Of a DNA stretch of 64,000 nt, positions 10,697-24,323 are shown in pieces; the stretch's first letter is position 1, and every line of letters begins with the position of its first letter. Under the pieces are notes generated by a model that saw nothing but the letters and a program-made list of their open reading frames with translations, was not told the origin of the DNA and made no database searches. Source of the stretch: Lingula anatina (lineage: Eukaryota > Animalia > Brachiopoda); NCBI GenBank assembly GCA_051362555.1, contig CM120643.1, positions 744,001 through 808,000 of the forward strand, given 5' to 3'. The translations under genes and the position numbers were made by a program.

Positions 10697-12941
10697 AGAC
10701 CTTTTTCATCTTTTCCGGAAATGGAAATTGCATTGTGGGTAGGGGAGTCCTGCTATGTCGAAACACTTACAGCGGTGCTAAAAACCATGGCTGGGTTTAC
10801 GTGCTTTTTGTCCCGCTGCTACAATAACAGTAAGCGAGATCGACACATGAGGTTTAATAAGTTCCAACAAACCCGTTAGAATGAAAAAATATGGTAGAAA
10901 GAAAGGAAAATATAGCAGGTTTGGATCAAAAGCAGGGCACCGCGTTTGCGCTGAACATTTCGAAGGCGGGAAGAAAAACTATAATATTAGGAGATCAACG
11001 GAGCTTTAATAAAAAACAGAAATGCTTGGTTAATCAACGGATATAACGAACTATCGGCAAATAGAACTCGGGGGTAAACAATGCGAGAAAAAAAAACATT
11101 ATAAAGATCTGAAGAAAAAATTGAAGAATAGGTGCCTAAAAAGAAAGAAAAGACTTTAAGCATGAGATTATGGAAAAAGAAAGTAATAGCTGTGAAGTTT
11201 TACACGGGGATTCTACTTACAAAAAATTCAAGAACTTTCACGACTTTTTGTGTACTGTGACAACAAAGAGAAGGTTTGAAAAGTTTTGTATGTAATATCC
11301 TTTTGTGTGTGTTTTATTGATAAGTGATCATTTTTAATGTAGTAGGCCTATCACAGGTTTTAATCTCTCATAACCCTTAGTATGGTGGGTTCTATTTTTT
11401 TAACGTGAGACGTTAATAAAATTTTAATTATTATGTATCCAGTCCCGTATACGTATTACTGATTTGTACAAACGGGTCTCATATTATCAAGATCAACAGA
11501 GACATACGAAGAAGAAAGTACATCGGCTCTTGTTGAACGCGTTATCGGCAAAATAAAAAGTTATTTATTTCTGAACACAATGTCAAGAGAATTGGAAAAT
11601 TCAATGGGCATTTATTGTTATTTACAAAAAAAAAAAAAAAAAAAAAAAAAAATGCAGAAAAGCCTTTCTGTAAGCTACACGTGCATAATACATGTATGGT
11701 AAAGACAAAATGGATAATAAAAATAATCTAACAACGTATTTGTAAAGTAATACAAATGCGCTTAGTATAAAAGTAGGCCTACGTATATTTAACTGTCTTA
11801 GATAATTGAAAAGTATGCAATGTGTGGAAAACACTATCTGAATGATTTTATTGTCTTTGATTGAAAACGATGAAAATACGCATGAAAACATTTAAAAATC
11901 AAATAATTTGGCCTCTTGCTATAATTGTGTTTTTGCCTGACGGTTTTGTTTCAGTTTGACAAAATTTTCATACTTGTCAGACCGAAAGTCTGACATTTTT
12001 TACCTGTCGTAAATTTTTTAAATATACTAGAGTAAGACACGGTAAACTTTAATAAACGTCTGGGAAAGAGTCGAGAATTCCTGTCTCGCCTATTTAACAC
12101 TTTTAAGTTTATTTAACAATTTAAAAAAATTAAAAGGTTTTAATTACAGAAGAAAGGTCGTAGTTGTGGCCGCCCCCCTTACCGAACAATTGAACAAGTA
12201 ACACCTGATGCCTTATCAGGTACAAAACGATTTAATCAGTTTACCGACGAACAATCTGCGTGTCAGTTTTACCTGTATACACAGTAGGTACGAGTCAAAC
12301 AATGCAGGGAATCTTTTCATTTTATCATTTCAAAAATCTCTTAAGACATCCTTCAAACAAGACATAAAAATCGTAATGAATTGATACTTCCGGTAAATTA
12401 GGTGATATCGCCACAGATTGCATATATAGCCTACATGTAATATTGTGAAGACGTAGGCCTACGCACCTGTCCACACTCTTGAAAGCTGTGTACGAGTACT
12501 GGCTATTTTGATTTTATATATAAAAAAATTACGAGTCTCTTTCACATATCTTTATTATCGGAAGCATTTAAAAGCACTCTGAAGCTTTAGTTCGTCATCA
12601 CTATTGAAAATGCAGCCAAGGCTCGGACGCTTAGGTGAAGTGTAGTTGTACAGCGCATCGTATTTAAACTGAGAAAGAAAACATTTAATTGCTTGATTCT
12701 CCGTCCAAATAGCTGTTGTCTTGCCTACATTTGTACAGTTTACGCATTTCTGTGCTTCAGCCACCTTTTTATTTTGACAGAAAGCAGTGCACGCTTCAAA
12801 CGACCTTTTTATATGCGCACCTTGTACATCATCTACACATAGCATTGCTATGCTGAAAACAGCAGAGGACTACCATGACCCCTGTGGCGCGCGGTTCCTG
12901 TCATGCGCACTTCGTATTTCCGCAAAAGATGAAAAAGGTCT
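10697..12941 (+). mobile_element. Non-autonomous TIR DNA transposon with a decayed THAP domain (ISL2EU/Harbinger- or Kolobok-like)
   Basis: 26-bp TIR agacctttttcatctttt(c/g)cggaaat with one mismatch; remnant MAGFTC....CYNNSKRD...F..F...HRVCAEHFEGG at 10787-10970. Confidence 0.85.
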
Positions 12942-13374
12942 TAAACTGTGCTGACCGTTTCGTGTAACACAATAATCTGTCTGGCATTGTCTGTCTTTTT
13001 CGCACCATTCTGGCAGAAATTAACAATTTTGTAAAACACTGTTTAATTCATTTTACACACTGCAAAACCGGCCGCTTGCATGCAAAATTTCAAATTCTTC
13101 TATGCAGTAATTGCCGACATTTGACAGAACCATGCTTCGCCAAAGCAAAGCTTTGACCAGCCCAAAGGTGCACTACCAAATTAAATCACTGCAAATTACA
13201 CAATGCAGCAGTGCAACGGTCACATAAGTCAGTTAATTGGTAGCCACACACCTGACTACACACTTCTCCATTCAAATATCTTTTAAGAGATATGATTTTT
13301 TTAAGAACGCTTTTTTACATAGGTATAACTTTGAAACTGAAATATTCCTTATTTAAAAATGTCAAGTATGTACT

Positions 13375-14650
13375 TACGACAGTCACTTTCTTGGCGTTTT
13401 GGAATTTAGTCATGTTACATGTGATCAAATGTGATCAAATTGTGTACGTCATACGTCGATGCTTTTTCTTCAAGTTTTTATTAACAGGTTGATGCTAACG
13501 TAGGCCCTACAGTGTATTACAAATAAGTATAAGCATCACACCATATTTCCTTACTGAAATATATCAAACGTACCACTGGTAATTACCGGGAGAGATACAG
13601 GTAAAGATGGCAGCATTGATAACTGGGTTTACAGCGCTGTTAGTGCAGCGTGGTAGTGTCAGATTGTTATCTGATAAAGTTTGCTACTAGTGCCTGGGAA
13701 CAAAAGGTCTGGAACTTGACAATCAAGTTGATTAAATCCCGAAAACGAAATCAGAAAATAGAGCATACCTGCCCAACATTGATTTGTTCAGATTCTTGAC
13801 TAAGGGCGTATTCCCAGAGCTTTTAGATCGATCTATCCCCTCGGGGAGTCTCACTAGATTACTGTCAGATAATCCGGCTTAAATGTCCGTCCCGCCTACT
13901 ACAAGCTGTAAGGGGGTAATTAACTTTCGTGCCCGCTCGGCTGACAGCTATTTAGCGTGAACCCCCAGGGAGTTAGGTCGATCTAAAGTAGATCGATCTA
14001 ATCTCTGGGAATGGAGTCTAAGGGGTGCGTTACTGTGTCAAGGGCCAAGACTTGAACTTAGGGGTTTGGCATGTCACTGGACATTCCTCTCGATTTCTGC
14101 CCAAGTCTAATAAAGCCTCAGTTGCTTAACTTTGGCCAAATTTCCAATATCTACAGGTTTAATGCTCTGGGTCTCTTCTCTGGCGGTGGTTAATTGGGGA
14201 CACCTGTGCGGCCTGTCAACGCACCTAGACCCACTTTTGCCAGTGCCACATTTTCCACTGCCGTAAATATCAAATTTGTGAATAGAATGAAGAATAATGA
14301 CAGTTATGAAAAAATGTTTTTAAGTACCTGTCACCTTCGCCACAGTAACCATATGGGCTGTGCTGCCTCACCTCCACAGGCGACACCTTGCGGAGCAAGC
14401 GTGCGTAATCCAGGGTGCAACTGAAAATAACCTTGTCGCGCGACCCTGTTGCAAATTAACTGGGTAGATTTTTAACAAACAAATAATGTGCGGTACACAT
14501 TATACAAATAATGTGCGGTTCCACAGGGATATACATGTAGACCTACACGAGATTATCCAAGTGGCAGTGCCAAATAATTATTAAGTGTTCCATGAATCAC
14601 ACATCAGCATTATCCTCTGCCAGGGCCTCAGTTATTATCATGTGGACATT
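13375..14650 (+). repeat. Fragments of segmental repeat copy 3 (also 10083-10140)
   Basis: 13375-13475 and 14473-14650 match consecutive parts of 4140-4408. Confidence 0.75.
13804..14018 (+). mobile_element. PIF/Harbinger (Tourist-like) MITE family A
   Basis: Imperfect TIR (ttcccagag/ctctgggaa), TAA target-site duplication; near-identical to 56413-56628. Confidence 0.88.
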
Positions 14651-15068
14651 TAGGGCTGATGCATTTTTGGCTCACGGAGAATAACTGTGAATATAACCAG
14701 AGACATACACAGTAAACAGTGATCAAGACATACGCATACAGTAAAAAGTAACCTGGAAAGAAATATGATAAATTCTGAACATTTAGTCTAATAAAGCCTA
14801 TATTTGAAATCAAGCTGTATTTTTTAGTGCTATGGAATGCTTTCGTAAGCACAGCTTGTCTTTGACCAAATTCGCCGGTCACGTCATCAGAAAAGCCCAA
14901 ATCGCGGACCTCATCCTGGCTGGAAATTAAAGATTCCTGTGGGGAGAAAACTAAAGGCAGGCAAAGGCCCATATTCCTAAACATACTAAAGGAAAACACA
15001 GGGTTGAACACACAAAGAAAAACATGGGACACAGCAGGGAATCAAACGCTGAAAATGGCATTATAAGG

Positions 15069-15307
15069 GACCATGCATTCCCACAGATATTTGGATATTC
15101 TATCTCCCTGGGCAGTCTCACTAAATTGCTGTCAAACTAAACGGCTTTAACGTCTGTCACGCCTAGTGAAACTGTTAGGGGGTATTTATCTTTACCCCTA
15201 GCTGATTCGGTAGGCGTGACAGACATTTAAGCCTCTTGAGCTGATAGCAATAGGCCTATAGCGTGAACCCCCAGGGAGTTAGGTCGATCCAGTATGGGAA
15301 CCCAGTC
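15069..15307 (+). mobile_element. MITE family A, diverged copy
   Basis: Shares agtctcacta and agcgtgaacccccagggagttaggtcgatc with 13804-14018. Confidence 0.75.
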
Positions 15308-18300
15308 TTAGTCGCCGAAGGAGAGAGAAGTCAAACATGTGATTTTATAACATATGTGCTTTTCCATTAATCGTTTTGTCAAGGATTACGGTTGCAACTA
15401 TTATAATGCATAATTGCTACTAAAGATACTAAAAACATGATTTTGCGAAAAATGGGCAACAAGCTGATTTTTGATCAGGGTATTAAAGGGATAACGACTG
15501 GCCAAAAGGGATTTTCCTGGGGTAAACGACGATTTTCCCATACTTACCGATGGTTAATAATCCATTCCTACATTTAAAGTTAGTCCAGTGTTATTTTCTA
15601 AAATAGTTGTTTTGTTTTTTTTTTGTAATAGTCTCTTAAAAGATTATCACGGAGGTTATTTAGCCATCTATGAGGGTCCACATGGTCTGATGGCAAGCAC
15701 AAATTCCTGAAGAATTGCGAAAACGCTTTAGTGGCAGGGGGTGGATTCAAGATTGTTTGAAGGGGGGGGGGCTGCGGATGGGAAGCCGTGGGGTTCGGGA
15801 CCCGAAAATTTTGATATTCTAAAGTTTGGAGGGAGAACGGTGCCTTTTGGTACGGTTTTAAGACTTACGTTGAACAGTAGTCCATTTAATGTGTTATCAG
15901 GGATTTTTTGCTGTTATTAGTTTTGCTTTTGATGTAAAACAAAGTGCATTTAATCAGTAATTTAATTGTTCCCTACTGCGAAAATGAGCGATTGGATGTT
16001 GATAAGGGATTTTTTGTAAAATCATTTATCTTGATCTATGATATTTTTTTTATTTTGAACTTTTTAGATGTGCTTTGAAAAAAAGAAAGAAAAAAGAAAC
16101 AAGAACAATGAACATGCCGGTAAAAATCACAGTTTATAAACAAACAGAGCTAGGTGTTCGTGCATGAACTTGATGTAGCCTACAATGAAACATTCAAATT
16201 GCTGCCAATAATACGTGAAAATGTGTTACTCCCCCCGATCGTTGAAGTGATGGCTACAGAAAACATGGCCTTATTCGGAACATGGAAGTATAGCAGTTGT
16301 ATTTCCATTTTCGGAGATGCGCCTTTCAAGACAAAGGTCAAGCTGTGCATCGAAACACAGGGAATAAAGAAATACCTTCAGAAACTTTATTGCATTTGAT
16401 ACATTAAGGCCATATGAAATAAGTATATTGTTTACTGTGGCCTAAATTAAAAATATTATCAATAATTGGACATAATTACACTTCTAATTTTGTAAATTTG
16501 AATGGACGAAATCTGACAATTTAACAAGACCCTGTGGCATGTACTCTTCAGTATTAGAGGTCTGAAAGTAATTTACCCGGGAAAGGCTGAACAAAGAGGC
16601 AAGTATTCCAGGAAATTATTTCTCAGGTCGATAAATAGAATGGTAGATATTGTAGTGATATTTGATAGAATATTGTGATCGACTGTTCTTCTTAATTTGA
16701 TTAGCCAAATATGAATAATGTCTGGTGGTGTTAAACGGGACAGCAAGAAACGTGAATATTGAATCTCGTCACTTGCACTCCATCTTATGCTCCTGTCCCT
16801 CTTCCTCTAAAATTTTGCTCTTATGATTTCGCATTTTGCTTATTTCATAACTGATAGTGACTTCTAGGGTAAGGTTTTATCTCTAGCATGAGTACGTAAC
16901 CATTCTGGGGGAGGATTGAGAGATAAAAGTGACGTAATGGCCTTCGTCGCCAGGTATTTATCGGGTTTAGCAGGGCACCTGTTCAACAATGACGGTGTTC
17001 CCTGACGGTATGTCCTCATGATATCTGTACACTAGTCCAGAGGTTGGCAAAATCAGTCTTCATCATGTGTCCAGGAAAAATATCAGTGTATTTTAGGTAT
17101 GTGAGAGTTGGGTTTGGACCGAAGTATTGAGATGAAATTAGTATTACATGTGTATTATTACATAACACCTTAGTATATGGTATGAAAAGCGACCATGTGG
17201 TTGGCATATTTATGTGTTTTAAATGTGGATATCAACACTGCTAGACCCAGTATTTCATATTAAGTCAGGCGGGGCACCAGTTAGGTTTATATGTGTGTTA
17301 ATGTAAGGTTGCGCACACACTTTTATTTCCATGTATGGGTAACTACCCTATATCTATAGTTAACGATGAAAATGGCATCCAGTTAGGAAATCAGCTTTGC
17401 TTCAGGGTCCATAGATATCAGAATGTGTGTGCATGTGTGCATGCATGTGTGTGTGTGCGTGAGAGATGGGTACAAGATGGTTCAAGGTACGTATGATGGT
17501 GTATGTGGGGAGGGTGTCAGCATTTATTCTTGGCTTAGCTGGTCTATGTGCAAAATAAGCAAAATAGGCAAAAAAATATATATTTTTTTTAAAATAAAAT
17601 TGAAGATAAAGCAGAGAAAGATCTCACTCTGGAGTTTACATTGTGCTGGAATAGGGCTAGCAATTTTTTATCGCTAAGCCAAATCGCCACTTTTTTGTCA
17701 ATATGTTATCCAAATGGTTATAATTTGACTAAAACGAGTCGAATCAAGTCCTTTTTTGTTTAGCCAATTTATGTCAGTTTTAGCAATTGGCAAAATTGGC
17801 AAGTGTCAGTGCTATCCCAGTGTATGTGTGTGTACAGTATGTTAGTTGGACCTTGTTTCACATTGAACTATTATCACAGGAGTTTGTATTCAAACATTCT
17901 TCATAATTTACACCTTTCCACTATACAATGAATTGATACATGGCAAATAGACTGTAGCTAATACGTGGCGGATAGAATGCAGTAGATTGAAGAGGGTTGC
18001 TCATTATTAGTTGAGCTGTGTTTACCTAAGACAGGTGTGTCAAACTCACATGAAATACACATCAGAGTTGAACATACTCAAGACATTGGATTGCTGATAA
18101 CCGTGCTCTAGTTTTATGCCACGTTGAAATCAGTATTGCTACAATAGGGTCAACCTGATTTAAGTTTAAAATACACGACTTTTCACTCATTGTATAGTAT
18201 TATTTCTTTTCTTTAGTGATAGTACGTTTATAAAAGTACATAAAAAAGAAAAGCTTTGGCATGCTTTGGTCTACTTGTAAATTGACCTAGCGACTGAAAC

Positions 18301-18833
18301 CAGACATTAGCTGTTTCTGCAGAACCCCTGAATTCTGCTTTTTTTTTTTAACATGACCCCAGAGCAATTTAACCCCCAAAAATTTACATAAGGTATTTGG
18401 TTCCACTATAAATGTTCGGAGGGTTTTTTTCTAAAACCTGGAAAACTGAACATTTTTCTTAAAACCATTTTCTTCACACTTCAATATGTTCAGAACCATG
18501 TAAATTAATGTGTAAACTTGTCTCAGTTCCATCTACACATATCTAATAACTTATTAAATAATAATAGTGTGTGTTATTCCAGTAGCAGCTTGCCTGAATA
18601 CAAACCAGATGGTGTCATAGCACATGTAGGTTTCTCATGGATGACAACGATTAGGTTAGATGTGGATTTGTTGATTGAATATGGGTCTTATTTCTGTCAG
18701 AAACATTAGTCTTGTAAATTAGTAGTGGGCAGGGTGTTAGGATGATAAACAAAGGACACAGGTTTGCTTAATATTTGTCACACCTGATTTGATGCAATGT
18801 GTAAGTGTGCGTGTGTGTTTGTTTGTATGTGCA

Positions 18834-18865
<32 letters not shown>

Positions 18866-19669
18866 GGAGAGAGAAAATCATTTTAAAAAAATGAAAAGCT
18901 GTGCAATCACTGAGATCGTGTTAATAATGAATATGTAACTACCACCATCTTGGTATGACAGCTTTGAAATATTCATGTCATTGGGTTTCAGTTTATTATT
19001 TATAACAAGGCACCTTGTTTTAATGACTGCACTAGTAAACAGACAAGAATAATGCTAGATTTGTTAAGAAAACTGCTGTAGTCTTGTACATGGTTCATGG
19101 AATGAGATCTCCAGCTTACATTTTCTCCTGTTGTACACTTACTGAGTGTGGACAGAACAAGAGTAACTATCATTGCAGTTTTATCCCCTATCATGGACAA
19201 TAGCTCTCTGTTACATGTACCCTGATATATACAAATATGCTGGCCAGAATTAGAATTTGCTCTCTGAAAATGGAAAGAAGAGTCCATTGCAGAATATCTT
19301 GGGATGCTTTGAGAATGTTGAAATGCTATAATTTGAAAACAAATGGAATACATTGACAAAACATATAATAAATGACATCTAGAGAATGGGGAGTGCAGCT
19401 TGGCTTTTAAAATCAGGTTAATGTGGTCATTTAAGTTATGTCATCTGTTATCTTCTAGAAGAAATTACGTAAATGATAAAGTATTTATAATGTGCAATTT
19501 GTTTCTTTGACATTTTCAAGTTGAAGGATAATTTCATGATATGTATTGTTAATTTATCCAGACCTAGTACTTGGCTAGAGTTGATACTTACAACTGGTTG
19601 CTTAGTAACACTAACGGAAAGAATTTAGGAAAAAGTTCTGTTTGTATTTCAGTTTCCATAGCGACGGCC

Positions 19670-21085
19670 ATGGCCTCCCACGGCAACCGTCCAGCCAAGC
19701 CCCAGAAGATCTACAACTGTCCTCACTGCACCTATCAGTCAGAATGGAGGGCCACATTTAGACACCATCTCAGCTTTCACACACGGAAGGCCAAGGACAT
19801 CGAGGGTGCCGTGGCGTGCCCGTACTGCCCATTTAAAACCAGTAATATGGCCAATCTTAACCGCCATACTGCTCGTCACACGGGTCTGAGGAATTTTGAA
19901 AGCCCCAATGGTGCAGGCGTCTCACTGAAAAAGTGTCAGCACTGCAGTTATGTGGGCTCATCTAAAACAAAGACTATGAGGAAGCACATAGAGCTCCATC
20001 TAGTGAGCAAGGGCAAAGTGAAGTTTAAGGGGAAGTTGAGCTGTAGTTACTGCCCTTTCAGTACTGACCATCAGCACTCCATGAGTAATCACTTACAGCA
20101 TCATCCCGAGTACACGGGACACAAGATCGTACAGCCAGTGACAGCATCCTCAGTGGCCAGTAAACTTGTCGAAAAAGCTGTGAGAGTTCAACGAGCCTCC
20201 TCGTCATCAAGAACCAAGGTGAGACCGCAGTCTTCCATCAAAGTGGAGCGCACAGCTTTAGAAGCAGAGGGGGCTAAAGTAGCGGCAGGGAAAAGCACAG
20301 AACTTGGACCCCCTGTCGTGAAGGCTCGGCGTATAGTGTTGAGGTGTGATCAGTGTCCATACAAGTGTCGCAGCAAGAAGAACATGTGTCGTCATATGGA
20401 ATTTCACATGCATGCGTCCCAGTTTGAATGTGCCTTCTGTACATACAGTTGTAAGACTTACAACTTTCTAGCTATGCATATGAAAGTGCATTATATAGGC
20501 AAAGGTGGCAAGATACTTTATCCAAAGACTTCTTTAATGCAGAATGGACAGTGTAGGGGAAGGGGCCTGGATGAATCTGGAGTAAGAGGGAAGGAAAATG
20601 GCCCCCTGAGACCCGTAAGGGAGTTGGAGTTGAAGAAGAAGAAAAGGATGCTTGCTCCACTGAGTAAATATCATTGTGATCTGTGCCCCTTTGCAACCAA
20701 GGAAGCCTCCCTTTTTGTGATGCATCAAGACTTCCATAGAAAACCAGCCAATCATCAGTGCCCTTACTGCACCTATAAGGTAGCCAAGCTGCAGAATCTG
20801 ACCAATCACATCAACTTACACTTTGACTGGAAAAAATTCAGGAATACAAAAGACATGCAGATTGCTGCCAAGTTTGAATACGATCTCAGTGAGTTCACTG
20901 CTCCTGCGAAATTGACAGGAAGCAGTCGAGCACAAAAAGTGAGAAAGACCTGTCGTTTCTGTGGTCGCCTTGGTGATGGTATTGACATGAATCAACATGA
21001 AAGGCAGCATTTGATTGGTTGCTCTTACCTGTGGGCGCCTCCATGCCATGACGACAAAGAGGACACTGATCGTGACGGGGAATGA
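19670..21085 (+). CDS. C2H2 zinc-finger protein, 471 aa, nine fingers (four pairs plus one terminal), single coding exon
   Basis: Repeated CxxC...HxxxH motifs; acceptor tatttcag ends at 19652, followed by Kozak-like gccATGG at 19670; AATAAA at ~21437. Confidence 0.9.
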   Translation: MASHGNRPAKPQKIYNCPHCTYQSEWRATFRHHLSFHTRKAKDIEGAVACPYCPFKTSNMANLNRHTARHTGLRNFESPNGAGVSLKKCQHCSYVGSSKTKTMRKHIELHLVSKGKVKFKGKLSCSYCPFSTDHQHSMSNHLQHHPEYTGHKIVQPVTASSVASKLVEKAVRVQRASSSSRTKVRPQSSIKVERTALEAEGAKVAAGKSTELGPPVVKARRIVLRCDQCPYKCRSKKNMCRHMEFHMHASQFECAFCTYSCKTYNFLAMHMKVHYIGKGGKILYPKTSLMQNGQCRGRGLDESGVRGKENGPLRPVRELELKKKKRMLAPLSKYHCDLCPFATKEASLFVMHQDFHRKPANHQCPYCTYKVAKLQNLTNHINLHFDWKKFRNTKDMQIAAKFEYDLSEFTAPAKLTGSSRAQKVRKTCRFCGRLGDGIDMNQHERQHLIGCSYLWAPPCHDDKEDTDRDGE

Positions 21086-22788
21086 CCCGAATTAAAATGG
21101 GTTTTTTTAGGAAATTTTTTTGTTACGGTTAGTTTTACAGCAAGTGAGATGATAAGGGATTTCTTTTTACTGTTCTTCAAAAATCACATTTAACCCCAGA
21201 TTTCCCCATAGACTCATACATTTAACTCATAACAATATGAAAATATAGCATGGCATCGTTATATTATCAATTTGAATAGTAAGACTTTTATTGGAGTTGT
21301 ATTGTATATAGTGGATTTGTTAAAGTTGACCTTGCTGTAAACATCTTTTCATTTATACAGGTATTCTATAAAGTTTTTATATGATAAAATGAATACAAAA
21401 TTTCTATATATCTTTAGTCATCTTATTGTTCATTAAATAAAATGAATGTATTATTTGTTTATTTTAAATTATTGAACATTTTAGCTGCCAAGAACGTAAA
21501 GAGTTACTATGTATGTATATATACGCAATTTACATTTTTAAAAGTTGTATTTTATATTCAGTGGTGTGAACTAGGTTGTAGAGAGCAGTGGAAATTTTAG
21601 CTTTATTCTGACAGCCTCAGTATTAGGGAATGCTTTTAATGGCTGAATTGAGTAATTATAGTTTAAAAGTATTTCAGAGTATTATCCTATTCCACGCTCG
21701 GCCTGTTAGTTGCAATCAAAAACCGATTTGGAGTTCCTCTTACACTTCTGGATTTTTTTCACCTTTCTTATGTGTTCAGTTGAGTAAAAAATAAGTAGAA
21801 AATATGATACCAGCATTTAAAAAATTGTCTACTATCACATGTTGCAGTGTAATACAAGGTTACCGCAGCTTGGATAAAAATATTTTGATAAATAGATTCA
21901 CTGAGGTGGACTGGACATATTTTTCTTTGTTTTGACAAATATTACTGGCCACATGGCTGCTGCACTTATATGTTTGATGTGCAGCATACAGTACAGAATT
22001 CTATCATTCAGTGCTTATGACAAATAACTATTGAATTTTTATCCTATTTTGGGAATTTTTCCACTTGTTTTGGTTCTAGTCCTTAGAGTTGTACTACCTG
22101 TGCAATATTTCTAGTGAATTCAATAATTAAAATAATAATGAGTTGTATCCAACTTTTTCTGTCTACTGTTGTTGACCGAAAGACAAATTTTCCATTCATA
22201 TTTCACTTGTTGGGCCTGAGAAGTTTTCTGCAGTTGCTTTTATGTTTAAATATTGTACAATCTTGCAATTTGTCACAAATATATCATGGTGCTTATTTAA
22301 CTACTTAATTTGCAATCCTTTGTTAAGGAAAATTTCCTTGTTTTTGTATATTATCTGAGTTTAAGTGATATGGAATTGAATTTGATTAATATTTTTAAGA
22401 TTGTGACTTTGTAAAAATGCAGCAATGAGGAAAGGTTCATACCTAATATTGAGTCTGACCCTCAACAATTGATATTTTTAGAATTATTAAAATATTAATT
22501 TTTATGAAAATGGTTCTTTTAAGATTGTAGTAAAATAAATCTGACTTTGTAAATTGCATTATCAAAAATAAGAGCCCCATTATTTCTTAATTAATAAATG
22601 AATACTAAGGTTAATTGAACTAACAGTTTCATTAATGTAACTGATGACTGGTGATAATGAAATAATAGTTTGATGTTGATGGGTAGTTGAATTTATTGCT
22701 CATCTATTGTTTAGGTTTATTTGGAATGAAAATTGGAAGATAATTCAGTAACACAATAAGTCGTAGCTTTTTAACACAATAGGTCTTA

Positions 22789-23003
22789 GAGTGCATTCCC
22801 ATAGATTTAGATCGATCCATCTAGATTGTCCTAACTCCCTGGGGGTTCATGCTAAATTGATGTCAGCCGAGTGCGCATGGTAGTTAATTACCCCCTTACA
22901 GCTTTTAGTAGACGGGACAGACGCTTAAGCCAGCTTAGTTGACAGTAATCTAGTGAGACTCTCCACAAGGATAGATCGATCTAAAATCTGTGGGATTGGG
23001 GTC
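22789..23003 (-). mobile_element. MITE family A copy
   Basis: Reverse complement of 13804-14018; TTA duplication. Confidence 0.85.
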
Positions 23004-23357
23004 TTAGCTCAACTGTAGTGATATGCATGCCAATGTTTGATTATAGTATAATTTTTTAAAATTTGAAAATAAACTGGCATTTAACTTTTTAATCTTCTGT
23101 GCTTGTAATATTGAAAGGCAGTGAGTTTCTAATCATGGTTTTCTGTGTATGTGAAAATTTATTTAGTCCAAGTTGACAATATAGGTTTATTGGACTTAAT
23201 CAACCATTGTAGGCCTATATATTATAAAGTACATGCAAATTTATTAAGTAAATTAAATAGATTAAAAACTTTTTGTAACCTTAATTTTTGCTATTAATCC
23301 CCCAAAATTAAACATAACATTAACATTGCAAGTCATTTTACAAAACTAAGCATATGT

Positions 23358-23525
23358 AGGGGCGGGTCCATAAATTTTGAAGGGGAGTGGCGGCTTTTTT
23401 AAGGGATTGAACTATGATTCTGCTAGACGTTTTTTGGTGCGTTTATAATTTTAATCAGAAATGGAAGAAGGGGGGGTGGGTGCCAGGTGGGTCCTGACCC
23501 CCCCCTCCCCGGAAATCCGCCACTG
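23358..23525. mobile_element. MITE with (C/T)AGGGGCGG...ATCCGCCACTG termini
   Basis: Termini match those of 39554-39841. Confidence 0.6.
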
Positions 23526-24323
23526 ATATGCATTATGGTAATCAAATATTCAGAAGATTCTCATTTTTAATAAGTAAACAGTCGAAAAAAGTCGCCTTGA
23601 CCCTGTCGCACACACAATACATGATGCGTCCAGGTTAGAACGTAGAGCAACATTTTTAAAGAACGCTAATATATCAAGTTGCTGCCGTCTTGCTCAGCGC
23701 CACCTATCGCACTGCAAGAGATGCATAGATTGATTCAAAGTCACAAGAAGGCGTTACTGTCTCGATAGACATTATTTGGAAACTCAGGTAATAATGAATT
23801 GTGTATTATCCATATCGCTCAGTCGTGTTTATACAAACCAGAATATTTTCACATTTGAATTATTTTGTTCTTGATGGCCTTCTGAATTTAGAAAGATAAT
23901 AATTCAAATTTGTCGTCTTGACGAGGGGAACTGCTGTCGGCATTACGTTACAAGTTACAACAGGGAACATTGTCATGTGAAATGTGCCGGCGTCACGCTA
24001 TCGTGACTCAGATGACAAAGTTAGTTTGTTCTGTGAGCTGAATGTTTGTTTTTTCCCTTTTTTGCTTACGGGTACAGGAGAAAATCATATAACACTGAGT
24101 AAATGACTCGAAGTTATATATATTTGATAGTAATGGGCAGAAATACTAATTGTTTCACTAACACTGTTTGAATGGTAGTTAAATCTCTGAGGTCACTGCC
24201 CAACAGAAAAAAATCACAGTTTCATGGCATTCAAAAGCAATCTTTCATACCTTTTTTTATGTAGATGATACACCTTTACTTGCTGTTGAAGGCACACTAT
24301 TGTGATCAAAACAACCAGTAATC

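Noticed and set aside
19571-19669. N-terminal 33 aa of the 504-aa ORF
   Set aside because: Starts at TTG and crosses a clear splice acceptor; mostly intron or UTR
20472-21049. Four antisense ORFs inside the zinc-finger gene
   Set aside because: Shadow frames with no recognisable motifs
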